This document shows positions 38,910-50,056 of a stretch of DNA of 64,000 nt, one piece after another. The stretch is from Candidatus Woesebacteria bacterium (GTDB lineage Bacteria > Patescibacteriota > Microgenomatia > UBA12405). Positions within the stretch are counted from its first letter, which is position 1. Each line of letters begins with the position of its first letter. Where the stretch lies: assembly GCA_035402805.1 (NCBI GenBank), contig DAONDY010000001.1:84098-148097 (forward strand). Reading direction: 5' to 3'. The notes under the pieces were generated by a model. That model made no database searches. It was not told where the DNA came from and saw only the letters and a program-made list of their open reading frames with translations. The position numbers and the translations under genes are program-made.

Positions 38910-39098
38910 ATGACTCAAGCAAGAAAAGTTATTAAAACTGGAAATAGTTTAGCCCTAACTATTCCCTCAAAATCAATTAAAGAATTTAATATTAAAGAAG
39001 GGGATATGGTCTTAGTTAAAATAAACAAAAGTAAAGCCTTAATTAGCTATATCTTTTCTGGGCACCCACGTCAACTTTCCCTCATCAATTCCAAGTAA
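38910..39098 (+). CDS. AbrB/MazE/SpoVT-family DNA-binding protein
   Basis: RKVIKTGNSLALTIP...IKEGD. Confidence 0.85.
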   Translation: MTQARKVIKTGNSLALTIPSKSIKEFNIKEGDMVLVKINKSKALISYIFSGHPRQLSLINSK

Positions 39099-39100
39099 TT

Positions 39101-40477
39101 ATGCCAAATAAGACTAAAACCATTAGAATTTTTTGGACTATCGTTGCTTTAACCTTAATTTGTTTAATTATTAATTTTCCTAAAAGACTTCCAATTAACA
39201 TTAATTTAGGAAAAATAAAATGGCAACATACCTTTTATCGTCCAGATTTTAATTTCAAACTTGGAAACCAAGAGTTCAAAAAAAATCTCGATCTTAAGTT
39301 TGGTCTAGATCTTGCCGGTGGTGCCTCTCTTGTTTTTAATATCGACACTTCAAACATTAAAAAAGAAGATTTGGAAGATGGTCTAGCCGCCTTAAAAGGC
39401 AACATCGAAAAACGTATCAATCTTTTTGGCGTCAGTGAAACCAATGTTCAAGTGATTAAACAAGAAAATCAATATCGCCTTAAGGTTGACCTACCTGGAA
39501 TTGAAGACGTTTCCGCCGCTATTGATCTAATTGGTACTACTGCTCAATTAAAATTTAAAGGGGAAGTCGAATTACCTCCAGAAGCCACCTCTTCGGCTAC
39601 TTTTAACGATGTTTTTAGTAAGGATACTGGTATTAACGGTTCTCATTTAAAAAAAGCTTCAGTTACTATTAATCCTAACAATTCAGAACCAGAAGTTTCC
39701 TTGGAATTTAACGAAGAAGGATCTAAACTTTTTGCCATTGCTACCAAAGAATTTTTAAATAAGCGTATTGCCATTTTAATTGATGATTATCCAGTTACTT
39801 CTCCTCCTAATGTTCAAACTGAGATTAAAGACGGTAAGGCGGTCATTAGCGGTAATTTCACTACTCAATCAGCCAAAGAGTTGGCTGTTCAGTTAAATGC
39901 TGGTGCACTTCCTTTATCCATCAATTTAATTCAACAGTCACAAATTGGGGCTACTCTTGGTAAAGATTCAATTAATAAAGGTGTTTTTGCTGGCGTTGTT
40001 GGTTTGATTTTGGTCTCATTTTTTATGATTGGTAATTATGGCAAACTTGGTTTAATTGCCGATATTGGTTTAATTATTTATGGTCTAATCACTTTGGCCT
40101 TATATCGTCTAATCCCAATAACACTAACTTTTCCCGGTATTGTTGGTTTTATTCTTTCTGTTGGCATGGCCGTTGATAGTAATATTTTAATTTTTGAAAG
40201 GATGAGAGAAGAAACTCGCAAAGGTAAAAATTGGAATAATGCCATGGAATTAGGTTTTGGCCGAGCTTGGGATTCAATCAAAGACGCCAATGCTTGTACC
40301 ATTATTACGGGTTTAATTTTATTTAATCCTTTTAATTGGAGTTTTCTTAATACTTCTGGTATGGTTCGGGGTTTTGCTGTTACCCTAATTTTAGGTATTG
40401 CTGTTGGTATTTTTACTGGTGTTTTTGTCACTCGAAATTTATTAAGAGTTTTAGCAAAAGAAAAAAAACAAAAATAA
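39101..40477 (+). CDS. secD: Protein translocase subunit SecD
   Basis: GLDLAGG, GALP, GMAVDSNILIFER, RGFAVTL. Confidence 0.96.
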   Translation: MPNKTKTIRIFWTIVALTLICLIINFPKRLPININLGKIKWQHTFYRPDFNFKLGNQEFKKNLDLKFGLDLAGGASLVFNIDTSNIKKEDLEDGLAALKGNIEKRINLFGVSETNVQVIKQENQYRLKVDLPGIEDVSAAIDLIGTTAQLKFKGEVELPPEATSSATFNDVFSKDTGINGSHLKKASVTINPNNSEPEVSLEFNEEGSKLFAIATKEFLNKRIAILIDDYPVTSPPNVQTEIKDGKAVISGNFTTQSAKELAVQLNAGALPLSINLIQQSQIGATLGKDSINKGVFAGVVGLILVSFFMIGNYGKLGLIADIGLIIYGLITLALYRLIPITLTFPGIVGFILSVGMAVDSNILIFERMREETRKGKNWNNAMELGFGRAWDSIKDANACTIITGLILFNPFNWSFLNTSGMVRGFAVTLILGIAVGIFTGVFVTRNLLRVLAKEKKQK

Positions 40478-40481
40478 AAAT

Positions 40482-41345
40482 ATGAATATCATGAAATTTA
40501 GGCCATTACTTTTAATTATTTCTTCACTTCTTTTAATTTCTTCGTTATTATCAATAATTTTTTGGGGTTTTAAACCCTCAATTGATTTTGTTGGTGGCGC
40601 TGTTTGGGAGTTAAATTTGCCATCAAATCCAGATAATTCAAAAATTACCGAAATTTTTACTAAAAATAGTATTGATAAATTAACCATTACCAAAAATGAC
40701 ACTAAATATCATTTAGAATTTAAAGACATTAACCCAGATCAAAAAAATGTTTTGACAAACGAAATCAAAAAAATAGATCAAGATTATCGTGAACTAAAGT
40801 TCGAGACATTAGGAGCTACTCTCGGAAAAGAATTATTACGAAAAACAGTTATGGCTGTTGTCTTATCATCACTATTTCTACTTATTTTTATTGGCCGTCG
40901 TTTTAAAGATTTTTCTTTTGGTGCTAGCGCTATTCTGGCTATGTTCCACGACACTTTTATTTTAATCGGTAGTTTTTCTATCTTTGGTCATTTTTTTGGT
41001 GCTGAATTAGATTCCCTTTTTGTCACCGCTCTTTTGACCACTCTTTCTTCATCTGTTCATGATACGGTTGTCACCTTTAATCGAATTCGCGAATTAAAAC
41101 TTCAAAATTTAAGCCTAGATTGGGTTAATCTTGCTAATCAGGCTGTCACCGAAACCTTAAGCCGTTCTATTAACAATTCTATGACTATCGTTTTTATGTT
41201 GCTTTCTCTAGTTGTTCTTGGTGGGTCCACTACTAAATGGTTCGCCACAGCGCTTTTAATTGGTGTTATTTGTGGAACTTATTCTTCAACTGGTGTTGCC
41301 ATTCCTTTAGTTCTATTTTTCAAAAAAAATCGAAAGAAAAAATAA
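40482..41345 (+). CDS. secF: Protein translocase subunit SecF
   Basis: IDFVGG, FHD, SVHDTVVTFNRIRE, GTYSS. Confidence 0.95.
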   Translation: MNIMKFRPLLLIISSLLLISSLLSIIFWGFKPSIDFVGGAVWELNLPSNPDNSKITEIFTKNSIDKLTITKNDTKYHLEFKDINPDQKNVLTNEIKKIDQDYRELKFETLGATLGKELLRKTVMAVVLSSLFLLIFIGRRFKDFSFGASAILAMFHDTFILIGSFSIFGHFFGAELDSLFVTALLTTLSSSVHDTVVTFNRIRELKLQNLSLDWVNLANQAVTETLSRSINNSMTIVFMLLSLVVLGGSTTKWFATALLIGVICGTYSSTGVAIPLVLFFKKNRKKK

Positions 41346-42671
41346 TTATTTATAATCTTCGATTTTTTTGAGAAGAATTTCTCTCTCGTTTAATTCTGGT
41401 TTTTCTTCTACTTCCTTAAAAACAGCCATCAAAACCTCTCCCACTTTTCGGCTTGGTTTAATCTTTAAAATTGTCATCACATCTTCACCATTAATTTTCA
41501 AATCTTTAATTGCAAAAGGTTGTTTTTGCACTTCCACAATTCTTTCTTTAAATAATTCCCATCGCCAGCTAGTTTCTTTTGAACCACTGCCAAGCCGGTC
41601 AGCTCGTCTTAAAGCAATCATTTCGTCAATGTATTCTGGTGTTACATTTCTAATAAATCTTCTGACAGCCTTATCGGTTTGAGTCGATATCACCGAAAAC
41701 ATATGCCATCTAACCAATTTAAATAATTGTTCTGATTCTTTTTTTGATAATTTTAATCTTTTCCCAATATTTACCGACATTCTCGATCCAATTATTTCAT
41801 GATTATGGAAAGTTCTGTTTTCGCCTTCACCCACCATTGATTTTGGTTTTCCTACATCATGTAATAACGCTGCCAATTTTGTTATTGGATTTACACTTGA
41901 ACAATTATCTAAAGTTTTTAAATTATGAGTCCAGACATCATCAATATGATGTCCTTTTTGTTTCACCCCGTAACCATCTAAAAGTTCCGGTATTATTTCT
42001 TTTAATAATCCAGAATTTTTTAATAAAACTATTCCATCGCTCGGTTTTGGAGACAATAATATTTTAAATAATTCATCTCTAATTCTTTCACTGGCTATTT
42101 TCCCAATGGAGTTGGCATTTTTTTGAATTGATTCAAAAGTTTTTTCTTCAACTAAAAATCCAATTTGGCTGGCAATTCTAATTGCTCTCATCGTTCTTAA
42201 GGCATCTTCTTCAAATCTTTCATCAGGATTTTCTACTGTTTTTATTAATTTAAGTTCCAAATCTTTTTGCCCGTTATACAAATCAATAAGTTCTTCACCG
42301 TTTTTTAAAGCCATGGCATTAATAGTAAAATCTCTTCTTTTTAAGTCTTCTTCCAATGTTTTTCCCCATTTAATTTTATCTGGGTGTCTAGAATCAGAAT
42401 AACCTTGTTCGGTTCTAAAAGTTGTTATTTCAAATATATCATCACCATCTACTACACTTACAGTTCCAAATTTATTATTATAAAAACTATTTTTTGGAAA
42501 AATCTTTTGCATCTCTTCTGGTGTCAAATTTGTCGTAAAATCCCAATCTTTTACGTCTCTTTTTAAAAGAAGGTCACGAACAGCTCCGCCGACAATATAA
42601 ATCTCCGACTTGTTTTCCTTAAATTTATTAATTATTTTTTTTACCTTTTCAGTAATTATAAAATTGTTCAT
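41346..42671 (-). CDS. cca: CCA tRNA nucleotidyltransferase with HD domain
   Basis: VGGAVRD, DWDFTT, RRDFTINAMA, EDALR, LLHDVGK. Confidence 0.9.
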   Translation of the reverse strand: MNNFIITEKVKKIINKFKENKSEIYIVGGAVRDLLLKRDVKDWDFTTNLTPEEMQKIFPKNSFYNNKFGTVSVVDGDDIFEITTFRTEQGYSDSRHPDKIKWGKTLEEDLKRRDFTINAMALKNGEELIDLYNGQKDLELKLIKTVENPDERFEEDALRTMRAIRIASQIGFLVEEKTFESIQKNANSIGKIASERIRDELFKILLSPKPSDGIVLLKNSGLLKEIIPELLDGYGVKQKGHHIDDVWTHNLKTLDNCSSVNPITKLAALLHDVGKPKSMVGEGENRTFHNHEIIGSRMSVNIGKRLKLSKKESEQLFKLVRWHMFSVISTQTDKAVRRFIRNVTPEYIDEMIALRRADRLGSGSKETSWRWELFKERIVEVQKQPFAIKDLKINGEDVMTILKIKPSRKVGEVLMAVFKEVEEKPELNEREILLKKIEDYK

Positions 42672-42702
42672 CTATGTCTATATTTTACCTCATTTAAACA
42701 AA

Positions 42703-42726
42703 ATCTCCCCTTTTTCAAGGGGAGAT
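42703..42726 (-). terminator. Terminator hairpin downstream of the RRM gene
   Basis: Minus strand ATCTCCCCTT-GAAA-AAGGGGAGAT-TTT. Confidence 0.75.
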
Positions 42727-42751
42727 ATCAAAACAAAATAAACAAAACTTA

Positions 42752-43033
42752 TTAAACAGCAGGTTGTTCTGTTGCCGGTTTTTCTGGCTTAGCAATAGCT
42801 TCTTTTACTGCAATATTTCTTCCAGCTTGCTCACTGTTGTCTAATTCGCTCATAGCTTTCAAGGCATCAGCATCATTTTCAAATTCCACAAATCCAAAAC
42901 CTTTAGATCTGCCGGAAAATTTATCCATTACTATATTGGCTGACACTATATTTCCATAGGCAGCAAATATTTCTTTAAATTGGTCCTGTGTCAAATTAAA
43001 AGACAGGTTGCCTACAAATAATTTTTTTGCCAT
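42752..43033 (-). CDS. RRM (RNP-1) RNA-binding protein
   Basis: LFVGNL (RNP2) and KGFGFVEF (RNP1); SD AAGGAG. Confidence 0.93.
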   Translation of the reverse strand: MAKKLFVGNLSFNLTQDQFKEIFAAYGNIVSANIVMDKFSGRSKGFGFVEFENDADALKAMSELDNSEQAGRNIAVKEAIAKPEKPATEQPAV

Positions 43034-43165
43034 ACTCTTAAGAACTCCTTAAAATTTACAAAATAATAAATTAAGATCTCAAAATCAGACCTTAACAATT
43101 TAAATTATATCCTTAAAATTTTAATTATCAAAAAAAACAAAAAAGGTCTACAATTTGATATCTCC

Positions 43166-44782
43166 ATGTTTCCCAAAATTCTTTTAAAAAATAAACAGAT
43201 TATTAACAAATCATTCTCGGACTTAGATATTATCGATCTTCTTTTAAAAAATCGCCAAATTAAAAAACCAGAATATCAAGATTTTTTTAAACCCCATTTT
43301 CCTAATAATTCCGATTTTGATATTAATCAAAAAGAATTAAAAAAAGCCGTAAATAGGGTAAATTTAGCTATTAAAAAAAATCAAAATATTTTAATTTATG
43401 GTGATTATGATGTTGATGGTTTAACCTCCACCTCTATTCTTTGGCAAGTTTTATACCAAAAAGGTGCCAAAGTTTTACCCTTTGTCCCTGATCGTGAAAT
43501 TGATGGTTATGGCATTAGGTCAAAATCTTTTTTTAATTTTGAGATAGAAAAAAATATCCATTTTGATCTTTTAATTACTGTCGATAATGGCATCGTGGCT
43601 AATAAAGAGTTAGTAAAGATTTCTCAAAAAAACACCGACATCATTATAATCGATCACCACTTACCGGAAGATAAATTACCAAAAGTTAACGCCATAATTC
43701 ATTCTACGAATTTTTCAGGTGCCGGTTTATCCTGGGTTTTTGCTTCTCAATTTAATAAAGACGCCGATATTGGATTGGCTGCTGCTGGTACGGTTGCTGA
43801 TTGTTTGCCTTTAATCGGTATTAATCGAAACATTGTTGTTCATGGTCTAAAATTATTACGAAAAAATCCTAACCATGGTATTAAAAAATTAATTGAAATT
43901 AGCGGGATTAAACCAGACACTATTTCTGCTTATGATCTGGGTTTTATTATCGGTCCTCGATTAAACGCTGTCGGTCGTCTTTCTAACCCTACCGATGCTT
44001 TAAGGCTTTTATGTAGTCAAAGTGCAATTCAGGCTGGCAAATATGCTAAAAATCTTGATGAATTTAATAAAGATCGACAAGATTTTCAAAAAGAAAATTT
44101 AATCACCGCTGAAAAATTAATTACTAAAAATGAAGACAAATTAATTTTTATCTCCCACAAATCTTTTCTTCCAGGTATTATTGGTCTTATTGCTAGTCGA
44201 TTGACCGAAAAATATTATTTACCGTCAATTATTATCAGTCTTGGCGATGAATATTCCAAGGGTTCATGTCGTTCCATAAAAGAATTAAATATTATCAAAT
44301 CGCTTCGCCAGTTTAACAGTGAGCTTGTAGAACTAGGTGGCCATGCTGGAGCTGCTGGGTTCACTATTAAAACTGATAATATTGCCAAATTTAAAACCAA
44401 AATTATTAAATACATAAATAAACAGTTAAAAGATTTAGAGTTAAAACCATCAATCATTGTCGAATCAGAAATGGATTTATCTGCAGTTACAATTTCTAAT
44501 TGTAAACTTTTACAAAAGTTTGAACCTTTTGGTGTTAACAACCCTAAACCGTTATTTTTGTTTAAAAATATTCAAATTACTCAAAAACGGGTTATTGGTT
44601 CCACTGGTGACCATCTTAAACTAAAGTTTAATTCTGTTGATGCCGTTGCTTTTAAAAAAGGGGAGCTAGATAGTCAATTTAAAATTGGTGATTCAATAAA
44701 TGTCATTGCTTCGCTCGATTTAAACACTTGGGGAGAAACATCTACTCCTCAATTGATTATTAAAGAAATCTTTCCTGTTTGA
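43166..44782 (+). CDS. recJ: Single-stranded DNA exonuclease RecJ
   Basis: GDYDVDG, TVDNG, DHH, GPRLNAVGR, GGHAGAAG. Confidence 0.95.
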   Translation: MFPKILLKNKQIINKSFSDLDIIDLLLKNRQIKKPEYQDFFKPHFPNNSDFDINQKELKKAVNRVNLAIKKNQNILIYGDYDVDGLTSTSILWQVLYQKGAKVLPFVPDREIDGYGIRSKSFFNFEIEKNIHFDLLITVDNGIVANKELVKISQKNTDIIIIDHHLPEDKLPKVNAIIHSTNFSGAGLSWVFASQFNKDADIGLAAAGTVADCLPLIGINRNIVVHGLKLLRKNPNHGIKKLIEISGIKPDTISAYDLGFIIGPRLNAVGRLSNPTDALRLLCSQSAIQAGKYAKNLDEFNKDRQDFQKENLITAEKLITKNEDKLIFISHKSFLPGIIGLIASRLTEKYYLPSIIISLGDEYSKGSCRSIKELNIIKSLRQFNSELVELGGHAGAAGFTIKTDNIAKFKTKIIKYINKQLKDLELKPSIIVESEMDLSAVTISNCKLLQKFEPFGVNNPKPLFLFKNIQITQKRVIGSTGDHLKLKFNSVDAVAFKKGELDSQFKIGDSINVIASLDLNTWGETSTPQLIIKEIFPV

Positions 44783-44812
44783 AATGCCCCTATTCTGAAG
44801 TAAAATATTACC

Positions 44813-46609
44813 ATGGAAAGAATACTCGCAACAGAATGCCTCCAAAAAATCGGAGCCAAAGTTTTATTACAAGGTTGGGTTAGTAATATTCGCGATCATG
44901 GTCAACTAATTTTTATCGACTTTAGAGATTGGAGCGGCACAATTCAAATCGTTGTCAATGCTAACGATAATTCAGAAATTCATCAACTTGCCTCCACTAT
45001 TGGTTTAGAGTGGGTAATTGAAGTCGAAGGTCAGGTCAATAATCGTGATCCAAAAGCAGTTAATAAAAAAATACCCACAGGTTTAATTGAAATTAATTGT
45101 GAAAAATTAACTATTTTAAACAAAAGTGAAGTTTCTCCTTTTCCTCTAGATACCGATGGTACAGAATTAGATGAATCTTTACGTCTAAAATATCGATATC
45201 TTGATTTACGTCGACCCAGACTCGCCAAAATTATTAAAAGTAAAAGTAAATATATTTTAGCCGTTAGAAATTGGATGGATAAAAATGGTTTCACTGAAGT
45301 CATGACTCCACTTTTAACAACTAGTTCTCCAGAAGGCGCTCGTGATTTTTTGATTCCTTCTCGTATTCACAAAGGTAAGTTTTTTGTTTTACCTCAAGCA
45401 CCGCAACAATTTAAACAGCTTTTAATGGTTGGTGGTGTTGATAAGTATTTCCAGATTGCTCCCTGTATGCGTGACGAAGATCCTCGAGCCGATCGCCATG
45501 CTGGTGCTTTTTACCAAATCGATATCGAGATGAGTTTTCCTACTATCGATAAACTTTTTTCTACTGCTGAAAATCTAATTAAAGAAACTTATCAAAGCAT
45601 TGCTCCTCAAAAAACTATTGCCAAATTTCCTTTTCCTAGAATTTCTTATAAAGATGCCATGGATAAGTATGGCAGTGATAAACCAGATACTCGTTTCGGT
45701 CTAGAACTCCAAGACGTCACCAAAGTTTTAAAAGGTAAGAGTGAATTTAATGTCTTTAATAATGCCGACAATATCAAATGTATTATCGCCCCTAAATGCG
45801 CCGAATTTAGTAAAACCCAAATTGATAAATTAGAGGCTTTAGCAAAAGAAAAAGGGGCTAAAGGTCTTGCTTATACTAAAGTTATTGACGGGGGATTAGA
45901 TACTGGTGTTGCTCGATTTTTTGATCCTAAACTTCAAAAAGAAATAGTTGAGTCAACTTTGGCTAAAACAGGAGATTTAATCCTTTTTGTTGCCGATAGA
46001 TTATCTGTTGTAAATAAAGTCTTAGGTAATATTCGTCTTACATTAGGTGATATTTTAAACCTTTGTGATCCTAATATTTTGTATTTTAATTGGATTACTG
46101 GTTTTCCTTTTTATGAAATCAACGACGAAGGTAAATTAGATTTTGGCCACAATCCTTTTTCTATGCCTCAAGGTGGTATGGAATCTTTAATTAATAAAGA
46201 TCCATTAGATATTGAGTCTTATCAATATGACCTTACTTTGAACGGTTTTGAGTTAGCTTCTGGTTCAATTCGTAATCACGAACCAGAAACTTTAGTAAAA
46301 GCTTTCGAAATCATCGGTTATGGTCGGGACGAGGTAATTCGTAAATTTGGCGGTATGTATAATGCCTTTCATTATGGTGCTCCACCTCATGGTGGTTGGG
46401 CTATTGGTTTAGATCGTCTCTTAATGTTACTTTTAGACGAGCCAAATATTCGTGATGTTTATGCCTTTCCTTTAAACTCGAATGGTGTCGATTTACTAAT
46501 GGATGCTCCTAGTGTTATCGACCAAAAACAATTAGATGATGTTGGTTTAATGTTAAAACCAGAAACTAAAGCCTTTTTAAAATATGAAAATGTCAATTCT
46601 GAAGCGTAA
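44813..46609 (+). CDS. aspS: Aspartate--tRNA ligase
   Basis: OB anticodon domain, [31 protein letters not shown]. Confidence 0.97.
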   Translation: MERILATECLQKIGAKVLLQGWVSNIRDHGQLIFIDFRDWSGTIQIVVNANDNSEIHQLASTIGLEWVIEVEGQVNNRDPKAVNKKIPTGLIEINCEKLTILNKSEVSPFPLDTDGTELDESLRLKYRYLDLRRPRLAKIIKSKSKYILAVRNWMDKNGFTEVMTPLLTTSSPEGARDFLIPSRIHKGKFFVLPQAPQQFKQLLMVGGVDKYFQIAPCMRDEDPRADRHAGAFYQIDIEMSFPTIDKLFSTAENLIKETYQSIAPQKTIAKFPFPRISYKDAMDKYGSDKPDTRFGLELQDVTKVLKGKSEFNVFNNADNIKCIIAPKCAEFSKTQIDKLEALAKEKGAKGLAYTKVIDGGLDTGVARFFDPKLQKEIVESTLAKTGDLILFVADRLSVVNKVLGNIRLTLGDILNLCDPNILYFNWITGFPFYEINDEGKLDFGHNPFSMPQGGMESLINKDPLDIESYQYDLTLNGFELASGSIRNHEPETLVKAFEIIGYGRDEVIRKFGGMYNAFHYGAPPHGGWAIGLDRLLMLLLDEPNIRDVYAFPLNSNGVDLLMDAPSVIDQKQLDDVGLMLKPETKAFLKYENVNSEA

Positions 46610-47516
46610 GCCATTTGAAATCGTTATTATTTTTTTGATTGCTTTTATAAATCTTTTTTGGCTTCCAACTTTTAGTTTTTGGGAAATTTATCCCAAAAAC
46701 TCATACTTTTTGAAAAACAATAATCTCATCCAATATCAGCATCCAGCCAAAATTTATTCCAAATTATCCCAAAAGCCGCAGTTAAATACTCAAAATTATA
46801 TTCTCATAGATGCCGCTACTAACGCTACTATATTATCCAGTAATCCAAATGCTAAAATTTATCCTGCTTCAACTACTAAATTAGTCACTGCACTCACTGC
46901 TTTAAATATTTATCCCCTTGATGAAATTTTAACCATTAATCAGGAATATTCTGATGGTCAGGTTATGGGTTTAAAACTAGATGAAAAAATTACGATCAGA
47001 TCTTTAATTAATGCTCTTTTGGTTTATTCCGCTAATGATGCCGCTTTTACCTTAGCTAATCATCACCAAAATGGCGAAACGGGATTTATTGAAGAGATGA
47101 ATTTAATAGTTCAAAAATATGGTTTGAAAAATACTCATTTTACTAATTTTGATGGGATTCACAATGAAAACCATTATTCAACTGTTTATGATCTTTCGCA
47201 AATTGCCCGTCTTGCTATTAAAAATTCCGTTGTCACTGAAATCGTTAAACAAAAAAATATAACCGTGGAAGACGTCAATAAAACTATTAAGCACGAATTA
47301 ACCTCTACAGATGAACTGCTTGGTGTTGTTCCCGAGATTGAGGGTCTTAAAACCGGCTGGACTCCAGAAGCTGGCGGTTCTTTTATTGCTCTAATTAATA
47401 TAAACGGCCATTACTTAATCAGTGTTGTTGCTCAAAGCGAAGATCGTTTTTCTGATACTAAAAAAATAATTGATTGGGCTAAAAATAACATATTTTGGGA
47501 ATCGTACCAGCCGTAA
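46584..47516 (+). CDS. D-alanyl-D-alanine carboxypeptidase (peptidase S11)
   Basis: PASTTK (SxxK), SAN (SxN), KTG motifs. Confidence 0.9.
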   Translation: MKMSILKRKPFEIVIIFLIAFINLFWLPTFSFWEIYPKNSYFLKNNNLIQYQHPAKIYSKLSQKPQLNTQNYILIDAATNATILSSNPNAKIYPASTTKLVTALTALNIYPLDEILTINQEYSDGQVMGLKLDEKITIRSLINALLVYSANDAAFTLANHHQNGETGFIEEMNLIVQKYGLKNTHFTNFDGIHNENHYSTVYDLSQIARLAIKNSVVTEIVKQKNITVEDVNKTIKHELTSTDELLGVVPEIEGLKTGWTPEAGGSFIALININGHYLISVVAQSEDRFSDTKKIIDWAKNNIFWESYQP

Positions 47517-48560
47517 CTATTTGGTGATATATTTATCCAACACAGCTGGAACAAAAGCTATAAAATTATTATCACCTTTAAAAATATAAATAGGTTGGAC
47601 ATATTGTGTTAAAGTGACCGGCTCGTAATAAGCCAATTTTATTTCTCGGATAATTACATTTTCTGAATTAACATCTGATGATGGCCAATAATTTCCAGCC
47701 TTTAAATCGGTCATTGCTTGTTCAACTGTTTTTATTGGATAAGTCGAAAAAGATTCTCGATCTATATCAGCATATTTAAAATTAGCTTCAATTATTTGTT
47801 TTTCTGATGAATCAGAACCAGAGATTAATACTGAAACAGAAGCCTCGCCAATTTGGGGAGAAACTATTTCCCATTTCTCTTCTAAATTGTTTCTATAAAA
47901 ATCAACTCTAACCGCATTAGCTTCCGATTGGGCCGAAACTGCTTTTAAAGTTCCATCACTTATTTTCCAATAAGTTATTTTCTTTTCACCGTTTTTTAAA
48001 TCATCAGTATATTTATTACCTGATTGTAAAAAAGAAGAAGCAATTTCTATCGCTCTATTTTTGTTTGGTATTGTCTTTGCTTCTAATATTGATTGATCAT
48101 CTAAATATGGATACTTCAATTTAAAATCATTTTCTAAAACATTGATCGTTAACATCTTATTCGTTTTTGTATCTTTAAATTCGTAAATTCCTTCATTAAT
48201 TTCAATTGGATCACTCTCAAAACCAAATTGTTTTGCTATTTTTACCCCATCTTCCAAGGCTAAAATCTTGGTTTTTGATCGATATATAATATAGATCTTT
48301 GATTGATCACTAAAAGTAGGGGTTTTGTCATTAGCAAATTCAAAGGTAAAATTTTTCTTTTCAAACTTTTTTTCTGGAAAAACCATTTTAGGTAAAGTTC
48401 CATATCTAACTGTTGGTGGAATATATTTTGGATGAGCTGCTTTATATGCCTTAATTGATAATGATCCGATCGACCATAATAAAACAAAAGCAATCAAACC
48501 AGATCCGCCATATTTAATTAACTTTCTACTCATATCAGCGGTGTAGGTTAAAGAAGACAT
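47517..48560 (-). CDS. Membrane-anchored hypothetical protein
   Basis: N-terminal TM helix; 347-aa ORF; C-terminal LAYY...QPIYIF. Confidence 0.75.
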   Translation of the reverse strand: MSSLTYTADMSRKLIKYGGSGLIAFVLLWSIGSLSIKAYKAAHPKYIPPTVRYGTLPKMVFPEKKFEKKNFTFEFANDKTPTFSDQSKIYIIYRSKTKILALEDGVKIAKQFGFESDPIEINEGIYEFKDTKTNKMLTINVLENDFKLKYPYLDDQSILEAKTIPNKNRAIEIASSFLQSGNKYTDDLKNGEKKITYWKISDGTLKAVSAQSEANAVRVDFYRNNLEEKWEIVSPQIGEASVSVLISGSDSSEKQIIEANFKYADIDRESFSTYPIKTVEQAMTDLKAGNYWPSSDVNSENVIIREIKLAYYEPVTLTQYVQPIYIFKGDNNFIAFVPAVLDKYITK

Positions 48561-48593
48561 AAAAATATTCTACACTAAATGATAAAATTAGCC

Positions 48594-50036
48594 ATGATCG
48601 ACAATAAAAATACCAGAACTCGTATTGCCCCCAGTCCAACAGGTGAATATCATGTTGGCCATCTTCGTACTTGTCTTTACGACTATGCGTTAGCCAAAAA
48701 GTACAACGGACAATTTATTATCAGAATTGAAGATACTGACCAAAAAAGATTTGTCGAGGGTTCGGCTGAAAGAACTTTGCAAGTGATTAAGGATTATGGT
48801 CTTTCATGGGATGAAGGTCCAGACGTTGGTGGTCCTTATAGTCCTTATATTCAAACCCAAAGATTGGAAATCTATCAAAAATATATCAAAGAATTAATTG
48901 ATAAAGGTTTTGCTTATTATTGTTTTTGCACCCAAGAAAGATTAGATAGTCTTCGTGCCACTCAAAAGGCGCAAAAACTTATTCCTCGTTATGATCAACA
49001 TTGTTTAACTTTATCCAAAGAAGAAATCGATCAAAAACTTAAAGATGGTATTCCTTATGTCGTCCGAATGAAAATTCCTAAGAATGAAACCATAATTTTT
49101 GAAGATTTAATTCGAGGCAAAATAAAATTCAATACCAACGAAGTTGATGATCAGGTATTAATCAAATCGAATGGTATTCCAACCTATCATTTTGCCGCCG
49201 TTGTTGATGATCACCTAATGAATATTTCTCATGTTTTCCGTGGCGAAGAATGGCTCACTTCCACTCCAAAACATCTTTTACTCTATCGATACTTTGGTTG
49301 GGAAGCTCCACAATTTGCCCATCTTACGGTTTTATTAAACCCAGATGGCAAAGGTAAACTAAGCAAACGTCATGGCGCCACTTCAGCTAGATCATTTTTA
49401 GAAGATGGTTATTTACCCGAAGCTATGCTTAATTTTTTAATGTTTTTAGGTTGGAATCCTGGTGATAATCGAGAATTTTTCACTCTTGAAGAATTTGTTC
49501 AAGCTTTTAGTATTGATCATCTTCATAAAAAATCCCCAGTTTTCGATCGCAAAAAATTAGATTATTTTAATGGTTATTATATTCGCAGGTTGGATGATCA
49601 AAAAATATTCGATTATTTCAAAAAATTTTTACCTCAAGCTTCAAATGAACAAATAAAAATTTTAATTCCAGTTTTAAAAGAAAGATTAGTAAAATTTTCT
49701 GATCTTCCCGTTCAAACAAAATTTTTATTTGAAGATGTCGACTACGACAAAGATCTGTTACTCAAAAAGGGGACTGATTCTAAATTAGCTATCGATATGT
49801 TAAATAAAACAAAAGAATTATTATCTACTTTAAAAACTTTTGACTTTATAACTTTACAAACTTGTTTGATGAATTTAATTTCATCAAACGGCTGGAATAC
49901 TGGTGAATTCTTTATGGTTTTTCGAGTCGCCATTTGCGGTACTATCTTTACTCCTCCGGTGGTAGAATGTCTTCCAGCTTTAGGTCTAGAAAAAACTTTA
50001 CACAAAATAGATATTGCCATCTCTAAATTAAATTAG
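48594..50036 (+). CDS. gltX: Glutamate--tRNA ligase
   Basis: RIAPSPTG.HVGH (HIGH), RIEDTD, KLSKR (KMSKS); probable start ATG 48594. Confidence 0.97.
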   Translation: MIDNKNTRTRIAPSPTGEYHVGHLRTCLYDYALAKKYNGQFIIRIEDTDQKRFVEGSAERTLQVIKDYGLSWDEGPDVGGPYSPYIQTQRLEIYQKYIKELIDKGFAYYCFCTQERLDSLRATQKAQKLIPRYDQHCLTLSKEEIDQKLKDGIPYVVRMKIPKNETIIFEDLIRGKIKFNTNEVDDQVLIKSNGIPTYHFAAVVDDHLMNISHVFRGEEWLTSTPKHLLLYRYFGWEAPQFAHLTVLLNPDGKGKLSKRHGATSARSFLEDGYLPEAMLNFLMFLGWNPGDNREFFTLEEFVQAFSIDHLHKKSPVFDRKKLDYFNGYYIRRLDDQKIFDYFKKFLPQASNEQIKILIPVLKERLVKFSDLPVQTKFLFEDVDYDKDLLLKKGTDSKLAIDMLNKTKELLSTLKTFDFITLQTCLMNLISSNGWNTGEFFMVFRVAICGTIFTPPVVECLPALGLEKTLHKIDIAISKLN

Positions 50037-50056
50037 TAATCTGTTACACTTTTATT

